A DNA stretch of 64,000 bases from Eledone cirrhosa (GCA_964016885.1 OZ024753.1:13640001-13704000), one strand, 5' to 3'. Counted from the first letter of the stretch, positions 40,333 through 54,734 are shown. The notes: generated by a model not told the origin, from the letters alone. Numbers and translations: made by a program.

Positions 40333-40880
40333 TCTGCCTGGAGTTATGACAGGAAGATCATATCAACAACGGAAAGACCAATGGAAACAGTGTTTCTTTG
40401 GTCCTATCTGGTCATAGGCTCATTTCTTCTGCCAGGAGTTATGACTGGGAGATAGCATCAGTAATGGAAAGACCAATGGAAACATTATTTCCTTGGTCTA
40501 AGCTGATTATCAGCTCCTTTCTTCTGCCTGGAGTTATGACTGGAAGATAGTGTCTCCAATTGAAAGACCAATGGAAACATTATTTCCTTGGTCTGAGCTG
40601 ATAATCAGCTCCTTTCTTCTGCCAGGAGTTATGACTGGAAGATAGTGTCTCCAATGGAAAGACCAATGGAAACATCATTTCCTTGGTCTGAGCTGATAGT
40701 CAGCTCCTTTCTTCTGCCAGGAGTTGTGACTGGAAGATCATAACAATGGAAAGACCAATGGAAACATTATTTTCTTGGTCCGATCTAATAATGAGCTCCT
40801 TCCTTCTAACAGGAGTTGTAACTGGCAGATCATATCCCTAATGGAAACATTATTTCCTTGGTCCGATCTGCCCATAGGCT
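40333..40880. repeat. ~95-bp tandem repeat, ~6 copies, hairpin-rich
   Basis: GCCAGGAGTTATGACTGGAAGA...AGACCAATGGAAACATTATTTCCTTGGTCTGAGCTGATAATCAGCTC. Confidence 0.9.
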
Positions 40881-41209
40881 TCTTTCCTTTCCCTTACATC
40901 CTATCAAGAATATGAAAATTTGAACCCCAGTGGGGGTTATTTGACCTGCCCTGCCCCCATCTCCTCTCCCAGCATCTAGCGTTATATAAACATTTTCATT
41001 TCCATCTCATCATTGGTTTTCTCAACTGAATAAAAAAAAAAAAAGAACTTAATTAATGAAAAAAAGAAAAAATTAAAATAAGCATTTATCATTGCATAAC
41101 TGGGTGCGTAATATTTAATGGAGGTTTGGATGTGTGTGAAAAATAAATTTTGTATGTTAGCTAAAGAAAATAATTTGTTTTTATGACTGAATAAATATTT
41201 ATTTTGTCA

Positions 41210-41450
41210 GTTTCTCTCTCTCTCCCCCTCTCTCTCTCTCTCCCTCTCTCTCTCCCTCCCTCTCTCCCTCCCTCTCTCTCTCTCCCTCTCTCTCCCTCTC
41301 TCTCTCTTTCTCTCTTTCTCTCTTTCTCTCTTTCTTTCTCTCTTTCTCTCTTTCTCTCTTTCTCTCTTTCTTTCTCTCTCTCTCTCTCTCTCCAGAGTGT
41401 TGACCAGATCATTATTTTTTACCAGCTCATGCATGTGCATAGGACCTTCT

Positions 41451-41493
<43 letters not shown>

Positions 41494-41524
41494 AGACACA
41501 GACACAGACACAGACACAGACACA

Positions 41525-41560
<36 letters not shown>

Positions 41561-41630
41561 GTGGAAGATAGACGTTAAATGATAATGATGATGATACATA
41601 TATACATACATGTATATATATATACATATG

Positions 41631-41661
<31 letters not shown>

Positions 41662-41815
41662 ATATACATACATACATGTGTATATATAATATATATATAT
41701 ATATATATACACACATACATACGTGTGTATATATACATACGTGTGTATATATACATACGTGTGTATATATACATACATACACGAGTATATATACATACAT
41801 ACATGTATATACATA
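41210..41815. repeat. (CT)n, (CA)n/(CAGACA)n and TA-rich microsatellites
   Basis: Direct reading. Confidence 0.95.
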
Positions 41816-41817
41816 TT

Positions 41818-44107
41818 CATCATCATCATCATCATCAACGTTTAACGTCCGTGTTCCACGCTTGCATGGGTTTGGACGGGGGTAGTCCCACTTGAGGCAA
41901 GAGTGATTGTCTTGCTCGCATAGGACTGTCTGGCAGGTTTTCTACAGTTGGATGCCCTTCCTAACACCAACCACATTTACAGTGTGGGTCTGGGAGGTTT
42001 TTACCGTGTTGCCTACACGGCCACATTACAGCGTGGACTGTGTGTTTTTTTGTCGTGACACCTACACGATCTCATTTGTTTCGGCCTCGATGGTGCGGCA
42101 CCAACATAACTTTACATAGAACGGGGTGGTGTGGATGGGGTGGTGGTGGTGGGACGGGGTGTATTTTGTTAGAGATGCCTACTGGCTGGAGTAGGTTTTA
42201 CTATATATTTAGGTAAGGCGGGTCTTCTCTGTTACTGAGTACCGCCAAAGGTCTCGGTCCAGTGACATTGTCTTGGAGAGGTGTAAGTGTGTGATGTCGG
42301 AGTTTATCAGCTCGTCCCAGGTTTTTCTAGGTCTGCCTATTCCGTGACTACCGTCTATCTTTATTGCCCTGCACTTTGTTATACAGCTATCGACTTTCAT
42401 GCGCATCACGTGTCCATACCAACGTAGCCTTCTCTCGAGTAAACATCTGATCCCTCTTATCTCTAATTTTTTCCTTAGTTCGTTTATGCTTTGCCGTTCA
42501 CGTATATTACTGTTACACATCCAGCGGAGCATGCAAGCTTCGTTCCTCTCTAGTCTGCGTATATCCTCTGCACACAATGCCCAGGTCTCACTGCCATGCA
42601 GCATTGCTGTTCGTATGCAGGCATCGTACAACCTGCCTTTCATTTTTAGGGAGAACCCTTTAGCAGCTAATAGTGGTATAAGCTCTCTGAACTTTTTCCA
42701 ACCAGTTCTGACTCTAGCTACAGTACTTTCAGAGCACCCTCCCCCACTGCTGATTTTATCGCCCAGGTAACGGAAGCTGTCCACTATTTCTATAGAACCC
42801 TCTGCGCAATTGAAAGAGCTAGTATTTTGTGGGCACTTGCTGCTACTTATTGCACCAGAGCACCGGCCACATGTAAAATCTATGTTCTTAGTTAGCTTAC
42901 CTGTGATCCCACTACATCTTTTATGCAGCCATACTTTGCATTTAGGACATAAAATGGAGTTTCTACCTACGCCTTTCCTACACACCGAGCACGACCATTT
43001 CCCAGAAGGGACCGCCGCCTTGTTTTCTTTCCTACAAACTAGTACTTTGGTCTTAGCCAGGTTAATTTTAAGTCCTTTTGACTCTAGGCCGTGCTTCCAT
43101 GTTTGGAATTTCTTCTCTAGCTCGGCCATTGATTCCGCTATGAGTGTCAGGTCGTCTGCGTATAGGAGTTCCCATGGGCAGCCTGTCTTGAACTCCTCTG
43201 TTATAGCCTGAAGGGCAATAATAAATAGTAGTGGGCTGAGAACAGAGCCCTGATGGACGCCAACTTTTACGCTAAACTCTTCACTATATTCGTTGTTAAT
43301 TCTAACCTTGCTGACTGTTTCTTTATACATGGCTTGTATAGCCCTCACAAGCCATTCGTCAACGCCTAGTTTTCTAAGAGCCCACCAGATAATGGAGCGG
43401 GGGACTCTGTCGAAGGCTTTCTCCAAGTCGACAAAAGCTAAGTAGAGGGGTTTACCTTTAGCTAGGTACTTCTCCTGTAGTTGTCGTACTATGAAAAGAG
43501 CGTCTGTGGTACTTTTGCCTGACACAAACCCGAACTGCATTTCATCTAGGTCAATTCTCTCTCTGATTAGTTGCGCTATTACTTTTTCCGTGACCTTCAT
43601 GACCTGGTCGATTAATTTAATGCCTCTATAGTTACTCCTATCTAGGGCGTCTCCTTTACCCTTATAACAGTTAACGATGATGCTGCTATGCCAGTCCTTC
43701 GGAACAACCCCATTCTGTACGACTTGGTTAACTATGCGGGTGACCATGGTGTGTCCCACCGTGCCAGATGCCTTCAGCATCTCAGCAACTATTTCCGAAG
43801 GCCCAGCCGCCTTACCCGTCTTCATATCCTTGATTGCCTTACTTATTATACTCCCCTCGACTAACACTGCTGGTCCCTCTATTGGGTCGATATGGGGGAG
43901 ACTGTCTTTCTCCCATTTATTCTCCTCATTTAGTAGCCTTTCATAGTGACACTTCCAAGCTACCTTCTTATCAGCGTCGGTGATGGCAAGTGTGCCATCG
44001 TCGTTTAGTACACACTTCTCCCCGACAATATCACGGTTTTCCTTGACGCATTGCCTAGCAATCCTGAACACCTCACGTTTTTGGTCATCGCGTTGTAGAA
44101 CATGCTT
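41818..44107 (-). mobile_element. 5'-truncated RTE family 2 LINE (second subfamily), open ORF 42209-44107
   Basis: Same motifs as the 24097 copy, including the PHD-like insert; clearly diverged at DNA level. Confidence 0.95.
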
Positions 44108-44165
44108 GTATATATATATACATACATACATACATGTGTATATATATATACATACATACATGTAC

Positions 44166-44198
<33 letters not shown>

Positions 44199-44253
44199 AA
44201 TATATGTATGTGTGTGTACGTATATATTATGAGGGGATTAGTACGTATATATT

Positions 44254-44454
44254 ATGAGGGGGGGGGGGGTGCTGAAAAATTCCTGGCATTAAAGGGTATT
44301 GAAAAAAAAGGTAGGGCTGTTACCTTTACAGAGGAGGAAGGACTGCTGCAATAAGTATGGATTTGAGAGGGAATATGTTGAATAAAATCACATTTAACTA
44401 ATTCTCCTGTATTTTCTTTTACCCAAAGCCAGGAACCTTTCAGCAACCCTTTGT
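44254..44454. mobile_element. mariner-type MITE
   Basis: GGGTGCTGAAAAATTCCTGGC...GCCAGGAACCTTTCAGCAACCC inverted ends with TA flanks. Confidence 0.7.
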
Positions 44455-44813
44455 ATGTATATGCATGGATATATATATTATATATATATATATTATATAT
44501 ATATATATATGGAGGCATATGGTTTAGTGGTTAGAGCATTGGCCTTGCAATCGAAAGGTTGTGAGTTCAATTCTCGGACCGAGTGATGTGTTGTTTCCTT
44601 GAGCAAGACACTTTATTTCACATTGTTCCAGTTTACTCAGCTGTAGAAATGAGCTGATAGGGACCCCAGTGGAGGTGCCACGGCAAAAAAGCACCCAGCA
44701 CTCACTGTAAATGAGGTTGGTGTTAGGAAGGGCATCCAGCTGTAGAAATCAAGCCAGAATCAGTTCCCGTCCTACCCTTGCAAGCAGGGAAAAGCAGATG
44801 TAAAATGATGATG

Positions 44814-44840
<27 letters not shown>

Positions 44841-44844
<4 letters not shown>

Positions 44845-45195
44845 AGGCAAAAGAGAATCAGTGTTGCGATGAAAGGAATCTATTGGACATATTACAATTG
44901 TTTCTTGGGTGACCAGCTCGAGGCAAGATCGATGTGGTGATCAAACCTGAGGAAAATCTGATTCGTAGAATCGATACGTATCCGAGGACCTTGCGATTTT
45001 CAGAGTCAGGTTTGCTCACCTTATCGATCATGCCTCGAGCTGGTTGCCTGAGAAACAATTGTAATATGTCCAATAGATTCCTTTTGTCGCAACACTGATT
45101 CTCTTTTTTCTGTGATATCATACTCTGCTCTATGAGGGCATAGAGTGCTCATACGACCTACCGCATACGGACGCTTTAAACATCCAAGACCAATT
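44841..45195. mobile_element. Fold-back non-coding element in (TA)n
   Basis: 44841-44950 inverted against 45005-45115; GAAACAATTGTA half-hammerhead; downstream pseudoknot. Confidence 0.65.
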
Positions 45196-45464
45196 ATATA
45201 TATATGTATGTGTGTGTGTATATATATGTGTGTGTATATCCATCATCATCGTTTAATGTCTGCTTTCCCTGCTAGCAGGGTCTACACGACCAAGTCGGTA
45301 CTAAAGTGGGGCTGCTGGCCTCCTAGACAGGCCAAGGAAATGCAATGCCTATGACCCTTTTTAGGGTCTCCAAAACTGGTTGGGAGTAGGAGGGAGGGAG
45401 GGATGTCATCAAAGTGCAGACCTGATCAAGTTTTTCTGTGAATGTACCATTCTTTAGAATTATC

Positions 45465-45780
45465 ATTATCATCCTTTTACATCTGTTTTTCCATGCTTGC
45501 ATCGGTTGGATGAAACTTTTCCAGAACAGCCTCCCTACACTTGTTGCTTTGTGATCTTCTCTGTGAGGTTTCAGCATCCTGTATTCAGTTGTAACTACTT
45601 CTGCCCAGGTCTTCTTTGGGTTTCCTTCCACTGCAGCTTCCTTCCAATGGAATCTCTTGGCATTCCACTGTCCTTATGCATCCCATGTTCATACCAGTAC
45701 AGTCTTACATACTCATACATCTGATTCTGAACCCTCTTATGTCTAGGTTTTCTCTCAGTTCATCCTTGCTTTATCTTTCA
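45465..45780 (-). mobile_element. Old RTE 3' end (ORF running directly into terminal hairpin)
   Basis: GNPKKTWAEVV...CCGATGCAAGCATGGAAAAACAGATGTAAAAGGATGAT. Confidence 0.65.
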
Positions 45781-45790
45781 TCCACTAGAC

Positions 45791-46272
45791 CAGCGTTTCT
45801 CAACCAGTGTTCCCCCAAAACCCTAGGGTTCTACAAGAGGTCACTAGGAGTTCTGTGAGAAACAGTAATAAACAATCTAATGCAATTTTTAGTAATTTTT
45901 GTTTAATTTCATATTTGTAATTTCACTAGACACATACGGAATATTGTTGGAAAATCCTTGGTTATTATAATAAAGGCTTCAACCTCTTATATTATTTAAA
46001 ACTAGGTCATTAACCGTAATAATTGTTTCTACTTTTGGCACAAGGCCAGCAATTATCCCACTGGTACTTTATTTTATCAACCCGTAAGGATGAAAGGCAA
46101 AGTTAACCTCGGTGGGATTTGAACTCAGATCACAAAGGGCCGTAACTCTATGCTGCAAAGCATGGCGTCCGACCATCTACCGATACTGCCAATCCATAAC
46201 CGTAATAATGGTATATAATAATTTTTATGCAGGGGTTCCCTGAGACATAAAAACTATTTCAAGGGTTCCATA
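45791..46272. mobile_element. hAT-type MITE fragment interrupted by SINE A (46020-46196, TSD TAACCGTAATAAT)
   Basis: CAGCGTTTCTCAACC end after a CTAGAC-type target; repeated GGGTTCC subterminal motifs. Confidence 0.6.
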
Positions 46273-47833
46273 AGATTTGGGGTACAGCTAGTCTGTTACA
46301 TGTAGAAAGAAACCCATTGTTATTAAGCTCCCTGATCTTTTTCCACCCTGTTCTTATTCTACTATATTTTCAAAGCAACCTCTTCTACTTCTAATTAGGT
46401 CAACATGACTATCATAATTTTTTTTTAATGACAGGGGATACACTAGTTATGTAACAAAAAAACAATAATTTTAGTTCAACAAAGGGGCTGGGGTGCAGGA
46501 GGGTTTATATGTTGTAAGGAATGTCAACCAGAGACCCTGTCTTTAGTGAGATGACAGTGACAACATTAATAATGATTTCAAACACTTCAGTTTATCAGAG
46601 AGAGAGAGAAAAAAAAAAACACTACTGACACTTTATAAACAGGTTTGGTGACACCATTTCATATATTATTAGTTTTTTCTTTTTAACCCTTTAGCATTTA
46701 CATTACTCTTTATATACTATTATATTTTCATATATAATAGTATATAAATAGTATATAAATTGTAAAATATATATACTATTATATTTTCATATATAATAGT
46801 ATATAAATAGTATATAAATAGTATATAAATTGTAAAATATATATACTATTATATTTTACCATGAAAATATAATAGTATATCTATAAGCTCTACCTCACAT
46901 AATTATATCACATATCATCATCATCATCATCATCATCAAAAGCGGACATAAAATGATGATGAATATCGAATGATTTGGTATTATTTGTTTTGAGAACAAT
47001 ACCTTAACATCAGTATCAGTGACTGGTTACAGCCGGTTTGAACAGAAAAAAGGTGAGAGAATTCTGACAGGGTACAGCCGGTTTAGATACTAAAGGGTTA
47101 AGTATCTTTGTATGTTTAACGCCTTTGTTATTTTTCTGATGAAAGACACTGCCTATCATATTCGAATAATTTCAAAGATATACAAGAATTGAGAGAGATT
47201 TGGTAATGTATCTAAGTTGGCAGTGAATTGGCAGAGTTGTTAAAACGTTGGACAGAATACTTTGTGGTATTTGTTCTGGATCACTGCTCTCTGAGTTCAA
47301 ATCCCGCCGAGGTTAACTTTGCCTTTCATCCTTACGGGATCGATAAAATAATTTACCAGTAATGCACTGGGGTCGAATTAATTGACTTTCTTCTTCCCTC
47401 CCGCAAATTGTTGGCCTTGTGCCTAAATCAGAAAGCATTTTTAACTTGGTATTTGGAATATCACTTACGAAAGGATCTTAAATTAAACTAAGATGGGAAG
47501 GTTTTTATATAAATAAATACACTTCCCCATTAGAAATAGGGAAGTGTATATATTTATATAAAAACCTGCCCATCGTAGATTTATGTAAGAACCTTTCTTA
47601 AGTGATATTCCTAACTCTGAGTATGACCATAATATCATGGGTTGTATGTTGTGTTCTTGAGAAAAACACTTCATTTCATGTTGCTCCAGTATACTCAACT
47701 GAAAATGAGTACCAGCAATAGATGGGAGTTTAAACTTGTGATGGACTGGCGTCCTGTCCAGGGGCGAGTATTGTACTCTGTCGCTTAATACCATGGAAAC
47801 CTTGATAAGTACCAGCCTTTAGACATTTTAGAC

Positions 47834-48104
47834 CAGGCAGGTCAAACTGAGGGCCACACATGACAACTAATTGCGTACATTACAACTAATTTTATGAAAA
47901 TAAATCATGCTCGTGTTGTAAAAACTTCTGTGCGGGCCGCAGGTGTGCTTGTAAAGGGCCGCATGTAGCCCGCGGTCTGCATGTTTAACATGTAGCCCGC
48001 GGTCTGCATGTTTAACATGTAGCCCGCGGTCTGCATGTTTAACATGTAGCCCGCGGGCTGCATGTTTAACATGTAGCCCGCGGGCTGCATGTTTAACATG
48101 CCTG
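47834..48104. mobile_element. hAT MITE with perfect 8-bp TSD TTTTAGAC
   Basis: TIRs CAGGCAGGTCAAAC / GTTTAACATGCCTG; subterminal 27-bp unit repeated ~5 times. Confidence 0.9.
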
Positions 48105-48399
48105 TTTTAGACTATTTCTAATGAAAGACACTGCCTATATTCAAATCATTTTTAAGATATTCCAGAATTTAGAATTCATTAAATAATATAACTAAGCTGA
48201 TATTTGGAGCATAACTTAAACCCTAACTTAACACTGGTTCTTACATAAAATTACCACCAAAGGTTTTTAGATAGCTGTTAAGCTGATATTTGGAGCATAA
48301 CTTAACAAAGGTTTTTAGATAGCTATTAAGCTGATATTTGGAGCATAACTTAACAAAAGTTTTTATATAAAATTACCACCAAAGGTTTTTATTTTTATA

Positions 48400-49648
48400 T
48401 TATAATGAAAATATTGAGTACAGTGCTCAGGTGCACTACAGCTCATTAAAAGTGTATGTATAGTACATAGGGTGATGTACAACCGTCAGGAAAATGAACA
48501 GTGCATGAGTCATGATATACACGTGTGCATGTGTATGGAAGGAGGGACATCAGGTGTAGATTTGGCGAATTTTGGGAAGCATGAGGGTTTTAAAGGATGC
48601 AGTGTCTCAGCAGCTAACAACTGACGCAGGCAGTTTGTTCCATGGAGGTTTTAAAGGATGCAGTGTCTCGACACTAACAACTGACGCAGGCAGTTTGTTC
48701 CATGGAGGTTTTAAAGGATGCCGTGTCTCGGCAGCTAACAACTGACGCAGGCAGTTTGTTTCAGCAACTTTAAGCGTGAAAAAATGTTTCCGAAAGTCAT
48801 GGGAGCTATGCTGTTTTCTGACTTTGTAGGCATGTCCACGTATGTTAGACACATGGAGATTAAAAGGGTTCTCAGGGCTGTTGTTGGCGAGATGGTTAAT
48901 AACTTTTGGTGGTGTTTACCAAGTCCATTGCCAGACATCGGAGCTTCAATGAATCGATGCCCAGGGAAGCAAAGCGTTCAGAGTATCGTAGGTGTCTGAT
49001 GGAGGGTATGCGCTTGGTTGCACGTCTCTGAACAGTTTCCAGGAGGTCAATGTTCTGAGCAAGATAGGGCTTCCAGACTGATGATACAGCTTTAAATAGA
49101 TAGCTGGAGAGCGGCTAACAAAGGTCTTGCTGAGTGATGCTAAGACGCCCTCGGCCTTCTTGACAATTTTAGAGATGTGCATTGTCCAACACAAATCGCT
49201 GCTGACAGTCATGCCTGGTCACGTTCACAAGAGGACTTCTTGATATCAGTGTTGTGGAGGGAGTATGTGGACGCTGGATTTTTCCTCCCAAAATGCATGG
49301 TGGTACACTTGTCCACAGCCAGCTTCAGTTGCCAGTCCGTGATCCATTGCTGCATTGTGTCCAGGTCTGATTGTAGGAAAGAGTTATAGATTTCAGGATC
49401 TGTCCTTTTGATTTCAAGGTACAGCTTGATGTCATCTGCATATTTCAGTACTGTGGCATTCTTTAAGTTGGCAGCTATGTCATTAATGTATGCAACAAAC
49501 AAAAGGGGACCAAGAACAGATCCCTGTGGTACACCAGATGACATATGGTGAAGAATGCTGTCCTTGAACCGTGACTACCTCTTTTCGGCTGAGAGTGAAG
49601 GATTTCAACCAGTTAAAAAGATCATCCTTCACACCCATTTCAGAGAGC
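48400..49648 (-). mobile_element. CR1-clade LINE 3' fragment
   Basis: SGVPQGSVLGPLLF, KYADDIKLY, DKCTTMHFG, RGHAYK, FFTLKV, WNKLP; 60-bp triplication at ~48590-48760. Confidence 0.92.
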
Positions 49649-49863
49649 TTTTAGATAGCTATAAACACTTTAAAAGCTTGTATCATAGAAGTAAGGGTGA
49701 TTTCAGGTGGGGTTTGTTATCATGAGTTGTCTTTAATCTGAACTAGTTGCTATCTCTTGTCTTCTGGGGTGTCTGTATGTATTGTATAATTTTTTTTCTC
49801 TTTCTCATCCCACCTGTATCTTACCCTCAATGTTATTTAATTTTTCATTTTTTTTAAATTTCT

Positions 49864-50083
49864 TATGTATGTATGTATGTATGTATGTATGTATGTATGT
49901 ATGTATGTATGTATGTATGTATGTATGTATGTATGTATGTATGTATGTATGTATGTATGTATGTATGTATGTATGTATGTATGTATGTATGTATGTATGT
50001 ATGTATGTATGTATGTATGTATGTATGTATGTATGTATGTATGTATGTATGTATGTATGTATGTATGTATGTATGTATGTATG

Positions 50084-50112
<29 letters not shown>
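49864..50112. repeat. Pure (TATG)n, ~62 units
   Basis: Direct reading. Confidence 0.98.
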
Positions 50113-50115
<3 letters not shown>

Positions 50116-50900
50116 CAGAAATAACAACACAATCGGTACTGTATATGGAAGGTATATATTAGGTTAACGCTTGATATAGCAGGAAGAGGGTCTTAAAGTT
50201 TCGGACGCTAGTCCTTCATCAGAAGAAAGAATGAGAAATAAAATAGATTGAGGAGACGGGCGGGATGGAATTGGAAAAAAATGTCTTTAGATAAAAATAA
50301 CAGGTCCATACATGTTGACATCTCTTGCAAAACTGTTGGTGTTGGCGTTTTGTGTATGATTTGTTTTAAAGAAAAGTGGATGATGGCGCGCGTCTACCTG
50401 AATTGGGGAAAAAAACGTTTTGTAAAAAGGGCTATACTTGTGCACGTGCGTAAGCGTGTGTTATTATGTCTGTACGAAGCTAAGAAGAAATGTGTGTGTA
50501 TATGTGAGTAAAAGTGTGTGTGCATGTAAGTACGAAGCTATGAGCAAAAGTATGTTAATATAAGAGTGTGTACACAGAGCAGTGAAGGGAAAGGTGGAGT
50601 GAGCATATATAGTTGGTCTGTATTAGTTGTAAGAGATGTTAATGATCAAGAGAAAGCGATAGGAATCTAGGGGTGTGATAATGGACAGGGTATTAGAGAA
50701 ATTGGGGAGGTGAGTTGAGTCCAAGAGGGGAATAGGACCTAAGGTGGTGAATTAGACTTTGTTCAGTCCTGGTGCGCAAGGCCTGTGATCCATGATGTAG
50801 GAACCAGGTGTACTCACCAGAGTACTTGATACTTTGGGTAGTAGAGTGGGTAATAAGAAAATGTTCAAGACCCCAGTCGTTACGGTCCACCTGGTTCATT
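50113..50900 (-). mobile_element. Penelope-like element 3' remnant (GIY-YIG C-terminus + 3' UTR + hammerhead)
   Basis: RTRTEQSLIHHLRSYSPLGLN fits the PLE GIY-YIG end pattern R..E..LI..L....P.GLN; hammerhead ~500 nt downstream; ends at a (CATA)n tract. Confidence 0.75.
50191..50226 (-). ncRNA. Minimal PLE-type hammerhead motif
   Basis: tctt-CTGATGA-a-ggac-tagc-gtcc-GAAA-cttt-aaga; stem III degenerate. Confidence 0.65.
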
Positions 50901-51672
50901 ACAACACTTCCTTCGTTATCTAACTCCTAAAAAGTTTAAAATGCTTTCTGATTTAGGCACAAGGCCAACAATTTGCGGGAGGGAAGAAGAAATTCGATTA
51001 AATCGACCCCAGTGCATTACTGGTAAATTATTTTATCGATCCCGTAAGGATGAAAGGCAAAGTTAACCTCGGTGGGATTTGAACTCAGAGAGCAGTGATC
51101 CAGAACAAATACCACAAAGTATTCTGTCCAACGTTTTAACAACTCTGCCATTTCACTGCCAACTTAGATACATTACCAAATCTCTCTCAATTCTTGTATA
51201 TCTTTGAAATTATTTGAATATCATAGGCAGTGTCTTTCATCAGAAAAATAACAAAGGGGTTAAACATACAAAGATACTTAACTCTTTAGTATCTAAACTG
51301 GCTGTTTAGTATATATCCTGACTAGTGTATATTTAGTATATATCCCTACTGGGGTCCTGAACTTTTATATATATATATATATATATCCAGGGGGTGTAAC
51401 TAGGAGTTACTGCAGGTTCACCTGGGAGAGCATATATGTGTGTGTGTGTGTGTGTGTGTATAAATATATGGGTGTGTATAAATATGTGTATATGTGTATA
51501 AATATGTGTATGTATAAATGTGTGTGTGTATAAATATGTGTATATAAATGTGTGTGTATATATATATATGTGTGTGTGTGTATAAATGTGTGTGTGTGTA
51601 TAAATATATATATATATGTGTGTGTGTGTCTGTATAAATATATATATGTGTGTGTGTATATGTGTGTGTATA

Positions 51673-52588
<916 letters not shown>

Positions 52589-52609
52589 TTATATATACAT
52601 ATATATATG

Positions 52610-54219
52610 TATATATAAACACACACACACACATATATAAACACACACACATATATAAACACACACACATATATAAACACACAGACATATGTAAACACAC
52701 AGACATATGTAAACACACAGACATATGTAAACACACAGACATATGTAAACACACAGACATATGTAAACACAGACATATGTAAACACAGACATATGTAAAC
52801 ACAGACATATGTAAACACAGACATATGTAAACATAGACATATGTAAACACAGACATATGTAAACACAGACATATGTAAACACAGACATATGTAAACACAG
52901 ACATATGTAAACACAGACATATGTAAACACAGACATATGTAAACACACAGGCATATGTAAACACACAGGCATATGTAAACACACAGGCATATGTAAACAC
53001 ACAGGCATATGTAAACACACAGGCATATGTAAACACACAGGCATATGTAAACACACAGGCATATGTAAACACACAGGCATATGTAAACACACAGGCATAT
53101 GTAAACACACAGGCATATGTAAACACACAGGCATATGTAAACACACAGGCATATGTAAACACACAGGCATATGTAAACACACAGGCATATGTAAACACAC
53201 AGGCATATGTAAACACACAGGCATATGTAAACACACAGGCATATGTAAACACACAGGCATATGTAAACACACAGGCATATGTAAACACACAGGCATATGT
53301 AAACACACAGGCATATGTAAACACACAGGCATATGTAAACACACAGGCATATGTAAACACACAGGCATATGTAAACACACAGGCATATGTAAACACACAG
53401 GCATATGTAAACACACAGGCATATGTAAACACACAGGCATATGTAAACACACAGGCATATGTAAACACACAGGCATATGTAAACACACAGGCATATGTAA
53501 ACACACAGGCATATGTAAACACACAGGCATATGTAAACACACAGGCATATGTAAACACACAGGCATATGTAAACACACAGGCATATGTAAACACACAGGC
53601 ATATGTAAACACACAGGCATATGTAAACACACAGGCATATGTAAACACACAGGCATATGTAAACACACAGACATATGTAAACACACAGACATATGTAAAC
53701 ACACAGACATATGTAAACACACAGACATATGTAAACACACAGACATATGTAAACACACAGACATATGTAAACACACAGACATATGTAAACACACAGACAT
53801 ATGTAAACACACAGACATATGTAAACACACAGACATATGTAAACACACAGACATATGTAAACACACAGACATATGTAAACACACAGACATATGTAAACAC
53901 ACAGACATATGTAAACACACAGACATATGTAAACACACAGACATATGTAAACACACAGACATATGTAAACACACAGACATATGTAAACACACAGACATAT
54001 GTAAACACACAGACATATGTAAACACACAGACATATGTAAACACACAGACATATGTAAACACACAGACATATGTAAACACACAGACATATGTAAACACAA
54101 ACACATATGTAAACACAAACACATATGTAAACACAAACACATATGTAAACACAAACACATATGTAAACACAAACACATATGTAAACACAAACACATATGT
54201 AAACACAAACACATATAAA
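52610..54219. repeat. 16/18-bp minisatellite GTAAACACACAGRCATAT in homogeneous blocks
   Basis: Blocks of GAC(18), GAC(16), GGC(18), GAC(18), AAAC(18). Confidence 0.97.
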
Positions 54220-54478
54220 CAACTTGAACCATTAAGATCTTGTTCCTGGATATGTCACTATTTATGAAACAAACTTTGTATTTTATCTGATGAGAACGTA
54301 CCAAAGTTTTGGTACCCTTGAAATATATATAATAGAATAAATATGGTTTTATAAATATAGTTTCCATTTATTAATATCATTGATATTATACTCCAGAAAG
54401 CTTGTGGAGTGCTTTGAATCAGTTATAAATATATATATTTGTTGAATTACCAACAAATTAAATATCCCTTTGCTTATA
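54220..54478 (+). mobile_element. HH family 1 copy
   Basis: Closely matches 20088-20340, same 3' end CCCTTTGCTTAT. Confidence 0.85.
54279..54339 (+). ncRNA. Type I hammerhead motif (HH family 1)
   Basis: Same fold as 20146-20206. Confidence 0.8.
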
Positions 54479-54512
54479 TATATATATATATATATAGTTT
54501 TAATATAGATGA

Positions 54513-54561
54513 GATTCTACAGGACTAGAACTGTTTCATTCTTGAGAAATCATCAGGAATC
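54513..54561 (-). ncRNA. Complete type I hammerhead motif in a 125-bp palindrome (54496-54620)
   Basis: gattc-CTGATGA-t-ttct-ca-agaa-t-GAAA-cag-ttctagtc-ctg-TA-gaatc; GUA site; damaged mirror copy at 54562-54605. Confidence 0.8.
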
Positions 54562-54693
54562 AGATTCTTGATGATTCCTCAACAGTTCTAGTCCTGTAGA
54601 ATCTCATCTATATTAAAACTTTTATACTCTGCTATGTATTGAGTACCTTACTTACTGTGGTTACCTCCGATTCAACCCGGAATAACTTACCTA

Positions 54694-54734
<41 letters not shown>

